From NCBI GenBank assembly GCA_022709525.1, contig JAKLIQ010000009.1, positions 19,107 to 83,106 of the forward strand: DNA of 64,000 nucleotides, read 5' to 3'. This DNA is from Candidatus Omnitrophota bacterium. Lineage in GTDB: Bacteria > Omnitrophota > Omnitrophia > Omnitrophales > Aquincolibacteriaceae. Each line of letters begins with the position of its first letter. Position 1 is the first letter of the stretch. The notes beneath the pieces are model-generated. The model saw only the letters and a program-made list of their open reading frames with translations, was not told the origin of the DNA and did not search any database. Positions 48,184 to 56,913 of the stretch are shown here, one piece after another. Made by a program: the position numbers and the translations under genes.

Positions 48184-49290
48184 TCAATCCCCGAGGATCT
48201 TTGTGTCCTGACCGATGCGGATCCCCTTCATTAAGGCCTGTAGGTCTTCCGGGGATGGGCTTGCGGCGGCGGCCGTTTCCGGGCTGATCAACCCGGCCTT
48301 CCAAAGTTCCAGAATGGACTGGTTCATGGTCTGCATTCCTTCTTCGTGGGCATTGCGGATCGCCTGGGATAATTTATCGATCTTTTGATCGAGGATCAGC
48401 TGCCGGGTCGTGTAATTCCCTAACAGGATCTCGGCAGCGGGCACAAGGCCTTTTCCGCTTTTTTCCACCAGAAGTTTCTGGACCATGACGCAACTCATGT
48501 TCGCGGCAAAATAACGCAGGACCGCTTCGCGCTGCGAGGGCTCAAAGAAACCCAGGATGCGGTCGAAGACCTGATCCGCCGATTGGGCGTGGATGGTCGA
48601 GATCACCAGCCTTCCCACCTCCGCCGAAGAAAGGGCAAAATTGAAGGACTCGGCGTCGCGCATCTCGCCGATCACGATCACGTCGGGCGATTGGCGCACC
48701 ACATATTTCAGGGCCGAGCTGAAACTTTCCGCATCGCGGCCGATCTCGCGCTGCTGGATCAGGCACTGCTTATCCTCGTGAAGATATTCCACGGGGTCTT
48801 CGATCGTGAGGATGTGCTTTTGGACACTTTCGTTCATGGCCCGGAGGATCGCCGCCACAGTCGTTGTTTTGCCGGATGAAACCGCTCCCCCGATCAGGAT
48901 GATGCCTGACTTTTCCTGAGCGATCTTCTTCAGGACGAGCGGCAGGCGAAGCTCCTCGAAGCTTGGAACCCCTTTCCAAAGCAGGCGGAATACCAGCGAA
49001 AGATCCCCTTGCTGGTAAAACGCGTTGCAGCGGAAACGGCAGTCCTTTTCATGGAAAGAGAAACCGAAATCGACGCTTTTATTCCGCTCGAGCATTCCCT
49101 TTTGCTTGGCGTCCAATAGTTCTTCCGTTAGGCGGGCGACTTCTTCGCCCGTAAGCGCCTTGAGCGGCAAAGGGGTTACCTGATCCCCTAAACGCATCCG
49201 GGGCGGGGTGCCGGCCTTGAAGAAAACGTCCTGGCCTTTCTGCTCGATCACTTTTTCAAGACAAGATTTCAGGAAAGCGCTGGTATCCAT
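48184..49290 (-). CDS. pilT: type IV pilus retraction ATPase PilT/PilU family
   Basis: Walker A GGAVSSGKTTT; TIEDPVEY; His-box. Confidence 0.85.
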   Translation of the reverse strand: MDTSAFLKSCLEKVIEQKGQDVFFKAGTPPRMRLGDQVTPLPLKALTGEEVARLTEELLDAKQKGMLERNKSVDFGFSFHEKDCRFRCNAFYQQGDLSLVFRLLWKGVPSFEELRLPLVLKKIAQEKSGIILIGGAVSSGKTTTVAAILRAMNESVQKHILTIEDPVEYLHEDKQCLIQQREIGRDAESFSSALKYVVRQSPDVIVIGEMRDAESFNFALSSAEVGRLVISTIHAQSADQVFDRILGFFEPSQREAVLRYFAANMSCVMVQKLLVEKSGKGLVPAAEILLGNYTTRQLILDQKIDKLSQAIRNAHEEGMQTMNQSILELWKAGLISPETAAAASPSPEDLQALMKGIRIGQDTKILGD

Positions 49291-49481
49291 GGCGGTCCTT
49301 TCAGGTTTTCGACGGCGGTATCAATGACGGCTTATTCTAACAGCACCTTGAGGGCTGGGCAATCCTTCCCTCCCGGAGGTTTTAGCGAAAAAATAAAGTT
49401 CCTTTTTGCGGCGGGCTTGGTTATTATGATGAAGACGTTCTTTAAGAGAGCATAGCCCTTTCATCCAGGATACTGACCGCC

Positions 49482-50855
49482 ATGAGAATTACCGCAAGAA
49501 CGCCGGTTGAGGAGATCTACCAGAAGGCTTATCAGCTTTACCGTCTCCGCATCCTTGTCATTCTTTTCCTCATCCCCCTTTACATCCTGACCTGCAAATG
49601 GGGGGATCTGACGGTCAAGAACCTTTGGCCTCTTTTCCTGGTGATCCTGATCGAAGTCCTGGTCAACCGCCCTTACAAGATCTTCTTCCAGGACGCCCAA
49701 TCCGGTTCGGAAGCTCTCATCGCCTCCGTGATCATTGACTTCTTGGCCGAAACCGCGGCCCTTCATCTTCTGGGGAACGTCGACCTTTTTATTTATGCCT
49801 CCTGCTTTTTCATCTCGATCGTCTACTGCGCGCTCAACCTGCCGACCTTCCTGACCATGGAGCTGGCCACTTTGGCCTCTTCGCTCTACGCAGGATTGAT
49901 CGTCCTCGGACATTTCAATATCATCCCCCAAACGGTTTCGTTCGGAGAAGGTCTGAACGCGGTGCAGGAAACAGCGATCGTGGTCCGACATATCGCCTTT
50001 TTCTACTTGATCGCCATTTTTGTCAGGGCGCTGGCCTCGGCCCTCGTAAAAAAAGACGAACGCTTGGAGGAGCTTCTCTGGGAACTCCGCGAAACAAGCG
50101 ACAAGGTGAAGTATTCCTACCATATGCAGACCGATTATTTCGCCCGCATGAGCCATGAGATCCGGGCGCCGCTGAATTCCATCTTGGGATTCTCCCAGCT
50201 TTTATTGGAAAGCCCGACAGAACCGCCCACCGAAAAACAGAAAGATTTCCTTTCCCGCATCGAACGCAGCGCCAAGCATCTGCGCGAATTGATCAACGAC
50301 GTGCTCGACCTTTCCAAGGTGGAAGCCAAAAAGATGCAGCTTGTCGCCCATGAGATCGACCTGGTAAAGGTCGTCAACACGGTCCTGGATATGTTCTACG
50401 AAGAAGCTGTTCACAAACAGCTGAATCTCGCGTTCACCGAAAAACCGGCTTCCTTGAAGATTACGGCGGATGAACTGAAGATCCGCCAAGTGCTTTACAA
50501 TCTTCTTTCCAATGCCCTTAAATTTACCCAGCATGGTTTTATCCACGTTCATCTCGCCAAAGAAGCTGACGGCGGCGCGAAGGTCGTCGTTGAGGACACG
50601 GGGCCCGGGATCACGGCCGAGAACCGGGAAGCGATCTTCCGGCCCTATGAACAAGCGGGACGTACGACGGCTCCCCATATCAAAGGGACCGGCCTCGGCC
50701 TTGCGATCAGCAAGCAATTCGCGGAAATGCACGGCGGGAAGCTTTGGGTCGAAAGCGAGATCGGCAAAGGATCAAAATTTATTTTGACCCTCCCTCAAAC
50801 CCCGGTGATCCCAAAAACCGAGGAAGCGGCCTTGGCGGCGAACACCGTCGCTTGA
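49482..50855 (+). CDS. membrane sensor histidine kinase (multi-TM N-terminus, HisKA, HATPase_c)
   Basis: H-box FARMSHEIRAPLN; N, G1 and G2 boxes (GTGLGLAI). Confidence 0.85.
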   Translation: MRITARTPVEEIYQKAYQLYRLRILVILFLIPLYILTCKWGDLTVKNLWPLFLVILIEVLVNRPYKIFFQDAQSGSEALIASVIIDFLAETAALHLLGNVDLFIYASCFFISIVYCALNLPTFLTMELATLASSLYAGLIVLGHFNIIPQTVSFGEGLNAVQETAIVVRHIAFFYLIAIFVRALASALVKKDERLEELLWELRETSDKVKYSYHMQTDYFARMSHEIRAPLNSILGFSQLLLESPTEPPTEKQKDFLSRIERSAKHLRELINDVLDLSKVEAKKMQLVAHEIDLVKVVNTVLDMFYEEAVHKQLNLAFTEKPASLKITADELKIRQVLYNLLSNALKFTQHGFIHVHLAKEADGGAKVVVEDTGPGITAENREAIFRPYEQAGRTTAPHIKGTGLGLAISKQFAEMHGGKLWVESEIGKGSKFILTLPQTPVIPKTEEAALAANTVA

Positions 50856-50888
50856 ACGGAAACCTCTAGCCGCTTTAAAAAGGCGGGG

Positions 50889-51200
50889 TCAGCGGCCCTT
50901 CAGCCCCTCACAATAACCAAAACTTCGTTCGGTTTTCCATTGAAGCGGGAAATCCCGGCATTGCGCGGGCCTAGACTCATACACCGAACAACCCTCTTTC
51001 CCTAAAAAAAGACAGCTTTCATCCGTCTGTTTTTTAAGGGCTAAGTGGCGGCGATCGAGCAAGAGGCAATAGGTTTCCGTGAATTTATAGACATCCATGC
51101 CAAAAGCGGCAGCGAGGCGCTCAGCATCTTGGGGGGTGAGATAAACAAAGCCGGGTTGACGGCAACAGGCGCTACATCGCCGACATCGGAAAGAAGCCAT
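50889..51200 (-). CDS. YkgJ-family cysteine-cluster protein (UPF0153)
   Basis: CRRCSACC...C...C...C pattern typical of the YkgJ Fe-S/Zn family. Confidence 0.7.
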   Translation of the reverse strand: MASFRCRRCSACCRQPGFVYLTPQDAERLAAAFGMDVYKFTETYCLLLDRRHLALKKQTDESCLFLGKEGCSVYESRPAQCRDFPLQWKTERSFGYCEGLKGR

Positions 51201-51205
51201 AAAAA

Positions 51206-51284
51206 GGGATTCGTTCCTCGGGACTAGGGACTCGTATTGGTTTCTTGTTCTTTACGAGTCCCGAGGTGCGAGGAACGAGTCCCC
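51206..51284. mobile_element. MITE-like palindromic element, copy C (about 79 bp mini-copy: long termini retained, interior deleted, folds as a single near-perfect hairpin)
   Basis: GGGATTCGTTCCTCGGGACTAGGGACTCGTA-ttggtttcttgttcttt-ACGAGTCCCGAGGTGCGAGGAACGAGTCCCC. It sits 5 nt from the DUF4870 stop and 5 nt from the YkgJ start. Confidence 0.6.
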
Positions 51285-51288
51285 ATTA

Positions 51289-51633
51289 TTATTTTTTCCC
51301 GAGCTGCTGTTCGACGAAATCGCCGACTACCGGCAGCTTATAACGTTCCCCTTTGTAGGATTTCACCATCAGGATGATCCAAAGCACGACGCCTAACGGG
51401 AAAAGCACAAGGTTCACCAAGATCCCCAGGACCGGGATAAGGCCGGCCACGAAGGACAGGATGAAAAGGCCGAGGAAGGTCACAAGCGACTGCAGCGCGT
51501 GAAAACGAACGAACGCGTTCTTTTGTTCCAGTAGCAGAAAAACGAGGCCCGTGATCCAGCCGAGTACATAGCAAAAAAGGGCCTCGAGATTTTCCGTAAC
51601 GCCTAATACCGTGTTCTTATTCTCTTCCGCCAT
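51289..51633 (-). CDS. DUF4870 family membrane protein
   Basis: Three TM helices; conserved FHALQSL block. Confidence 0.7.
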   Translation of the reverse strand: MAEENKNTVLGVTENLEALFCYVLGWITGLVFLLLEQKNAFVRFHALQSLVTFLGLFILSFVAGLIPVLGILVNLVLFPLGVVLWIILMVKSYKGERYKLPVVGDFVEQQLGKK

Positions 51634-51749
51634 CTTAAACCCCCTGTTCTAAAGAGTGCACTACGGGATATTGTATCGTATTTCCTTAAAAAAACTATAC
51701 CGCGCTTTCTGAAGCCGTTTTAGAATACGAGGCAAAGGAGACACGCGCC

Positions 51750-52145
51750 ATGCCTACGATTTTTACCAAGATCCTCGCGGGAGAGATCCCGGCCCACAAG
51801 ATCCTTGAAAACGACAAGTACCTCGCCTTCCTGGATATCCGCCCCGTGAATCCCGGCCATACGCTGGTCATCCCAAAGCAGGAGATCGATTATATTTTTG
51901 ATATCGAGGACGAGCTCCTGAAAGGGCTGATCGTCTTCGCCAAAAGGGTTGCGAAGGGCGTCCGCAAAGCTGTCCCCTGTAAAAAAGTGGGCGTGATGGT
52001 CGCCGGGCTCGAAGTCCCCCATGCGCACGTCCATCTTATCCCGATCATAGAGAGTCTCACGGAGCTCAATTTCGCCCTTGCCAAAAGCATGCCTCAGGAA
52101 GAACTTGCGGAGATCGCAGAAAAGATCCGGAAAAATCTCGGTTAA
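51750..52145 (+). CDS. HIT family protein (histidine triad nucleotide hydrolase)
   Basis: HxHxHxx motif VPHAHVHLIP. Confidence 0.9.
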   Translation: MPTIFTKILAGEIPAHKILENDKYLAFLDIRPVNPGHTLVIPKQEIDYIFDIEDELLKGLIVFAKRVAKGVRKAVPCKKVGVMVAGLEVPHAHVHLIPIIESLTELNFALAKSMPQEELAEIAEKIRKNLG

Positions 52146-52147
52146 TT

Positions 52148-52744
52148 TCAGGCGGTTTTCAGGAACGCGGAAAGAAGTTCCCGGTAGGTCTTCGTCACGG
52201 GAAACCGGGGAAACTGACGGATGATCTTGGCGGGAGGGCGGAAAAGGATCCCCCGGTCCGCCGCGCGCAGCATTGCAATGTCGTTGTAAGAGTCTCCTGC
52301 CGCAACAACTTTAAATCCCAGCCGCTTCAATCCTTTCACGGCCTCTTTTTTGCCGTTCTTCTGCCGCAAATGATACTGGCTGATAAACCCCTTCTTATCC
52401 GCTGAAAGCCAATTGCAGAAAAGAGCCGGATAGCCCAGTTTCTTCATCATGGGTCCGGCGAATTCGTAATAGGTGTCGGAAAGAATGATCACCTGATAAC
52501 GGGTCCGAAGTTTGGCCAGAAATTCTTTGGCACCGGGAAGCGGGCGCATGCTTTGGATCACATTTTGAATATCCCGCAGACGGATCCCCTGTTTTTTAAG
52601 GATCCCCAGCCGGTAACGCATCAGCTTATCGTAATCCGGTTCATCGCGCGTGGTGATCTCAAGCGCTTTGATGCCTGTTTTTTTTGCCACATTGATCCAT
52701 ATTTCCGGGATCAACACACCCTCGAGATCAAGACAGCAGATCAT
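52148..52744 (-). CDS. thrH: phosphoserine phosphatase / homoserine phosphotransferase ThrH (HAD)
   Basis: Near full-length similarity to ThrH: ICCLDLEGVLIPEIW, ILSDTYYEF, AAGDSYNDIAML, ILFRPP. Confidence 0.85.
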   Translation of the reverse strand: MICCLDLEGVLIPEIWINVAKKTGIKALEITTRDEPDYDKLMRYRLGILKKQGIRLRDIQNVIQSMRPLPGAKEFLAKLRTRYQVIILSDTYYEFAGPMMKKLGYPALFCNWLSADKKGFISQYHLRQKNGKKEAVKGLKRLGFKVVAAGDSYNDIAMLRAADRGILFRPPAKIIRQFPRFPVTKTYRELLSAFLKTA

Positions 52745-52814
52745 GTTCCGGCTCCTTTTCACGAATTCGAGAAAAGATTATATCTGAACAGGAATATTTT
52801 TAAAAAACAATCTT

Positions 52815-52849
52815 TTAACCATTTTAACTGCGCTAGTTGAAATGGTTAA
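52815..52849. promoter_or_regulatory. inverted repeat TTAACCATTTTAA-N9-TTGAAATGGTTAA (copy 2 of the AACCATTTYAA IR), overlapping the thiD stop and upstream of thrH
   Basis: Seen directly; 1 mismatch between the arms; same core and spacer length as 45340-45370. Confidence 0.5.
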
Positions 52850-53606
52850 CGGGGCCCATCCCGCGCCCGATACCGGGATTTTTACGGATCGCGCATGTAA
52901 TGAACTTTTTCGCCGAAGTGATCGCCGAAAAAAGTGTTTCACCCCGGGCAAGACCGGCCGTGATCGCGGCCGAATAGGTGCAACCTGTGCCATGCGTATG
53001 GCGGGTTGCGACACGAGAAGCGCTAAAAAAACGAACGCGGCCGCCCCGATACAAGAGATCTGTCGCTTTTCCCTTCAAGTGCCCCCCTTTGACAAGCACC
53101 GCCCGAGGACCGAAACCCGCGATCATTCGCGCGGCCTTCTCCATATCTTCAAGGTCCAGAACCTTGATCCCCGTCAGCGCTTCGGCCTCCAAAAGATTGG
53201 GCGTAACGAGCGCGGCGTACGGAAATAAATTTTTAATGAGCGCCTGAACCGCATTTTTGTTAAGAAGCGGAGCGCCGTGTTTACTGATCATGACCGGATC
53301 CACCACCAAAGGAAACCGGAAATGCCTCGCTTGGGCAGCGATCGCCCGGATGATCCCCTCATCCCCCAAAGCGCCCGTCTTAGCCGCCCGGGGCGGAATA
53401 TCCGAAAGCACGGCTTCAAGCTGGCGTAACACCTGAGCGGGTTTCATGACATAAACCGCCCGGACACCGCGCGTATTCTGAACGGTAAGAAGCGTGATCA
53501 CGGACATACCATAAACCTTGTAGCGATGGAACGTCTTGAGATCGGCCTGAATACCCGCGCCGCCTGAAGGGTCAGAACCGGCGATCGTAAGGGCGGTTGG
53601 AATCAC
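52833..53606 (-). CDS. thiD: hydroxymethylpyrimidine/phosphomethylpyrimidine kinase
   Basis: TIAGSDPSGGAGIQADLKT; ribokinase-fold motifs. Confidence 0.9.
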   Translation of the reverse strand: MIPTALTIAGSDPSGGAGIQADLKTFHRYKVYGMSVITLLTVQNTRGVRAVYVMKPAQVLRQLEAVLSDIPPRAAKTGALGDEGIIRAIAAQARHFRFPLVVDPVMISKHGAPLLNKNAVQALIKNLFPYAALVTPNLLEAEALTGIKVLDLEDMEKAARMIAGFGPRAVLVKGGHLKGKATDLLYRGGRVRFFSASRVATRHTHGTGCTYSAAITAGLARGETLFSAITSAKKFITCAIRKNPGIGRGMGPVNHFN

Positions 53607-54058
53607 TGCGTGGCGGGCTCGAAAAGTTCGATGAATTCTTCAGGGGTCACGCCGGTATAAAGCTGCACCGCGCGCGCCGGCTGGGGCGGGTGAAGAAAAA
53701 AGGAAGGAAAGCCCCGGATCCTGTATTTCATCGCGATCCCCTTTTCCCGGGAACCGTGATCGGGATCCACGCTTACCTTGATCTTATCTTTTAAAAAATC
53801 CATCACAAGCGGAGAAGAGAGGACGTCTTGTTCGAACCGCCGGCAATAGGGGCACCATCCCACATTGATATAAACGACCATGGGCCGGTTGGTCCTTTGA
53901 TATTCGTCCACTGCCTGGTTATAACCTTCGGCGCCCTGATACCATCCGTCCGACCATTTCGCAGCCGACGCATCCGTTTCCGAAGTCCCGGCGCAACATT
54001 CGGCGCCGCCCAAAATACAAAACATAAAAAGAATCGACGCTATTTTTTTCAAAAACAC
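53603..54058 (-). CDS. secreted thioredoxin-fold protein (WCPYC active site)
   Basis: GTG start with GAGGA RBS, signal peptide, VYINVGWCPYCRRFE. The track N-terminal extension is unlikely. Confidence 0.65.
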   Translation of the reverse strand: MFLKKIASILFMFCILGGAECCAGTSETDASAAKWSDGWYQGAEGYNQAVDEYQRTNRPMVVYINVGWCPYCRRFEQDVLSSPLVMDFLKDKIKVSVDPDHGSREKGIAMKYRIRGFPSFFLHPPQPARAVQLYTGVTPEEFIELFEPATQ

Positions 54059-54078
54059 CCTGTCCTCACTTTCCGATT

Positions 54079-54522
54079 CTATTGAGATTGCTTGATAAGT
54101 TGATCGAGCGAAGAAGCTGTGAGCATTAAGACAGCGATCGCGAGAAAAGCGATCAAGATCACAAGGATCGTCCAAAGGATCTTAGCAGTCCTCGAAAATC
54201 TTGCGCTCTGCCACAAAAGAGGGACCGCGAACGGGCCAACCAACAAAAGCATGGCGATCACATAAAAAACAGAATTGCCCGCAAACGTCCTGGGTTTGCC
54301 TGAAGCCGTCTGAAAAGCGTCCGAAGCGGCGGGGATCATGACGGCCAGATAGATCAATCCCATGAGAAGCCATGACAAAGGCGTATGGCTGATCGCAAGG
54401 CTTATCCAAACACCCGCTGCCATACAAAGAAGCGTCCACCCTTTGGCGCGCTCCCCGAGATAGAGCTGGCCCAGGCCGGGCGCTAACAATGAATATAAAA
54501 AAGCGAGAAAAGGATTTTTCAA
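54079..54522 (-). CDS. hypothetical integral membrane protein (four TM helices)
   Basis: N-terminal LLAPGLGQLYLGE motif, also shared by the protein at 55555..55935. Confidence 0.5.
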   Translation of the reverse strand: MKNPFLAFLYSLLAPGLGQLYLGERAKGWTLLCMAAGVWISLAISHTPLSWLLMGLIYLAVMIPAASDAFQTASGKPRTFAGNSVFYVIAMLLLVGPFAVPLLWQSARFSRTAKILWTILVILIAFLAIAVLMLTASSLDQLIKQSQ

Positions 54523-55550
54523 GAAAGGGCCGGTTTTGTTTCTGGAGTGATCGTTTTTTCAAGGATCTTGCCGCGGCGGCGGATCTGGAACGTCTGAGGC
54601 TCCCCTTCTTTTTGCTTCAGGATGATCCGGTAATACCGCTTCCAGCTATCGAGCTTCTCACGATTCTGCTCAAGAAGAATATCTCCCGGCAACAAACCGC
54701 CCTGCTCTGCGGGCGAGCCGGCCCGTACCTTGGCAACCTTGAAATTCAGGGTTTCCGGATCCCGGTCGACGCGAAATCCGAGACGCGGAGCATCGGGATT
54801 CAGTGAAAAGATCACGACGGGAAGCTCAAGTTCTCCGTCTTCACGGCGGATCATGAATTTCCGGAGCGCTTCCCCCGGAATGTTCAGGAAAAAACCGAAA
54901 AGATTCCCCGGCGTCACATCCTGACCGTCGATCTTCATGAGGACGTCCCCGTTCCGAAGGCCCTGCTCATAGGCCAGCGAGGACGGATCGGCCCCGATGA
55001 TGAAATAATGGGCCGTTTTATCGTCATAATGGAGGTCGCACCCGAGGATCACGCTTTTCATCCCTGGAAATTTTGTTTCCACAAGCCGTTCGTGGATATT
55101 CTTCGCCAAGGACCCTTCAAAAACCCCACGGGAACCGTCCCGCTTCCGGAAACCTCTGGAAGAAAGGCCCGTCTTTCTTTTGAAATAAGCCCTGATCCCG
55201 ACGACCGTCATGGTGGGGTCTTTTTCCACTACCCCGATCTCAAGCACGCAAAATCCGCTGGAAGACAGGGTCGGCGCTTTCGCCCATTCCTTGTATTCTT
55301 TTTTATACAAAGGAAAGGTCGCCGTCTGGATATAACCATTCGTCTTATCAGTGACTGCAAGCGGGATCTTTTCTTCTTCCAAGATCGCCGTTGTGGCGTT
55401 CCAAACCTCTTCGAAATTCCCGGGAAGCGGGAACGAACGCCCTTCGGTTTTAGAAGAAGAGAGGGAGAAACCGGAGAAAAGAAAGCATAAAAAAAGCAGG
55501 CCGCAAAACACAAGCGGCCTGCTTTTCTGGAAAAAAAGGAACCGTTTCAA
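54519..55550 (-). CDS. secreted PDZ-domain protein
   Basis: Signal peptide. PDZ-like blocks: GADPSSLAYEQGLRNGDVLMKIDGQDV and AGSPAEQGGLLPGDILLEQN. Confidence 0.65.
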   Translation of the reverse strand: MKRFLFFQKSRPLVFCGLLFLCFLFSGFSLSSSKTEGRSFPLPGNFEEVWNATTAILEEEKIPLAVTDKTNGYIQTATFPLYKKEYKEWAKAPTLSSSGFCVLEIGVVEKDPTMTVVGIRAYFKRKTGLSSRGFRKRDGSRGVFEGSLAKNIHERLVETKFPGMKSVILGCDLHYDDKTAHYFIIGADPSSLAYEQGLRNGDVLMKIDGQDVTPGNLFGFFLNIPGEALRKFMIRREDGELELPVVIFSLNPDAPRLGFRVDRDPETLNFKVAKVRAGSPAEQGGLLPGDILLEQNREKLDSWKRYYRIILKQKEGEPQTFQIRRRGKILEKTITPETKPALS

Positions 55551-55554
55551 AGGT

Positions 55555-55935
55555 TTAACGCTCGAGCGTCTCGCCCTTCATCCCCACTTCCGGCCCGATC
55601 GGGACCTTCGCAAAAGCATCCACGGCGCTCCAGATGTGGTTGAACATCAGGATACCGATACCGACCCAGATCACCGGGTACCCAACGAGGGTCCCGAGAA
55701 GGATCGTCGTCACAATGCCGCCGATCTCAAGCACGATCATCGTGCCGGTCTTGATCTTACCGCTCTTGGTATCCAATTCGTCGTTCAGATATTGCCCCCA
55801 ACCCGGCAGCACCAACGATGCCGCGCCGCGAGTCAGGCTTTTGCCCGCGTTACTATCTTCCGAAGCATATGCCACGCCGCTGACCGCCATGATCATGGCA
55901 ACCGCCAACGTCATACTCAGGATCTTTTTAAACAT
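55555..55935 (-). CDS. hypothetical membrane protein with LPGWGQY motif
   Basis: Signal peptide or TM, then SLVLPGWGQYLNDE, then two TM helices. Confidence 0.5.
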   Translation of the reverse strand: MFKKILSMTLAVAMIMAVSGVAYASEDSNAGKSLTRGAASLVLPGWGQYLNDELDTKSGKIKTGTMIVLEIGGIVTTILLGTLVGYPVIWVGIGILMFNHIWSAVDAFAKVPIGPEVGMKGETLER

Positions 55936-56051
55936 GACCCCTCCCTTTTGGTTATTTTTATGACAGCTTTACCTATCGGCTAATTTCGATGAGATTTTAG
56001 TTCTAAGTGACGCCAGCGTCAAGGGTCATAACCGGCGCCCCGAACGTTTTT

Positions 56052-56879
56052 TTAATAAAAGATCCCGATCCGGGCTTCCACCTTAAAATCATAAAAAGTA
56101 TAAAAATCCGAGGAGTCGCCGCTATAGTACATGGGAAAACCGAACTCGACGGAAAAAACGGCTTTGTTGGGTATCGTTTTCCCGATCATGGCATTAAAGG
56201 GCAAGAAAAAGTTCCCATGATCGCGAAGATTGATCTGGATGTCGGTGGAGGGGTAGGTGGTCACGAACCAATGCCGCGGCATCATCCAGTTGAATGAGGG
56301 GCCGAACTCGAGCGTGCTGATGCTTCGTCTTTTGTGAGAGCCTGCGTAATCGAACGCGTAACGCGTGGTCAAAGTAAAGAAGCTCCCGTCGCTTATGCCC
56401 GGGAGCTTTCGCCCGACGGCTACCGTGGGAAGTAATTGGTATTTCCCCGACCCTAAGGTTTCGCCCGTCGCGGTCGGAAAAATGAACCGGGACCCCGCGG
56501 CCGCGCCCCATTCATGACCGATTTTTTCCGTCAGCAAAGCTTCGGCCAAGACATCCCCGAGGCCGAATCGATACTCTTTGGCCGGTGTCCATTGGGTATT
56601 TTTATTCGTCAGAACGCACGGGATATCGAGGCGCGTGTTGATCTCCCATGCCTCATTGAGGGGAATAGGCCGGTCCGTTCTGAATATAAAGGTGTTTTTG
56701 GAAAGTTTTTTTCTTAGAAGTTTATATTGATAGCGAAAATCAAAACGGGCAAGCGGCCGGGTGGTATCCTGACCGTTATTCAACGCCTTAAGGAGATGGA
56801 ACCTTCTGTGTTCCGCTGAGGCGACATCGGCAAAAAGAAGCACGATCAAAACAACCAGCGCAAAATGCTTTTTAGGCAT
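56052..56879 (-). CDS. outer membrane beta-barrel protein (hypothetical)
   Basis: Signal peptide MPKKHFALVVLIVLLFADVASA; amphipathic strands; C-terminal RIGIFY. Confidence 0.55.
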   Translation of the reverse strand: MPKKHFALVVLIVLLFADVASAEHRRFHLLKALNNGQDTTRPLARFDFRYQYKLLRKKLSKNTFIFRTDRPIPLNEAWEINTRLDIPCVLTNKNTQWTPAKEYRFGLGDVLAEALLTEKIGHEWGAAAGSRFIFPTATGETLGSGKYQLLPTVAVGRKLPGISDGSFFTLTTRYAFDYAGSHKRRSISTLEFGPSFNWMMPRHWFVTTYPSTDIQINLRDHGNFFLPFNAMIGKTIPNKAVFSVEFGFPMYYSGDSSDFYTFYDFKVEARIGIFY

Positions 56880-56913
56880 ACTCCCCCAGGGACTTCCCGG
56901 TCCGGGCTGAGTT

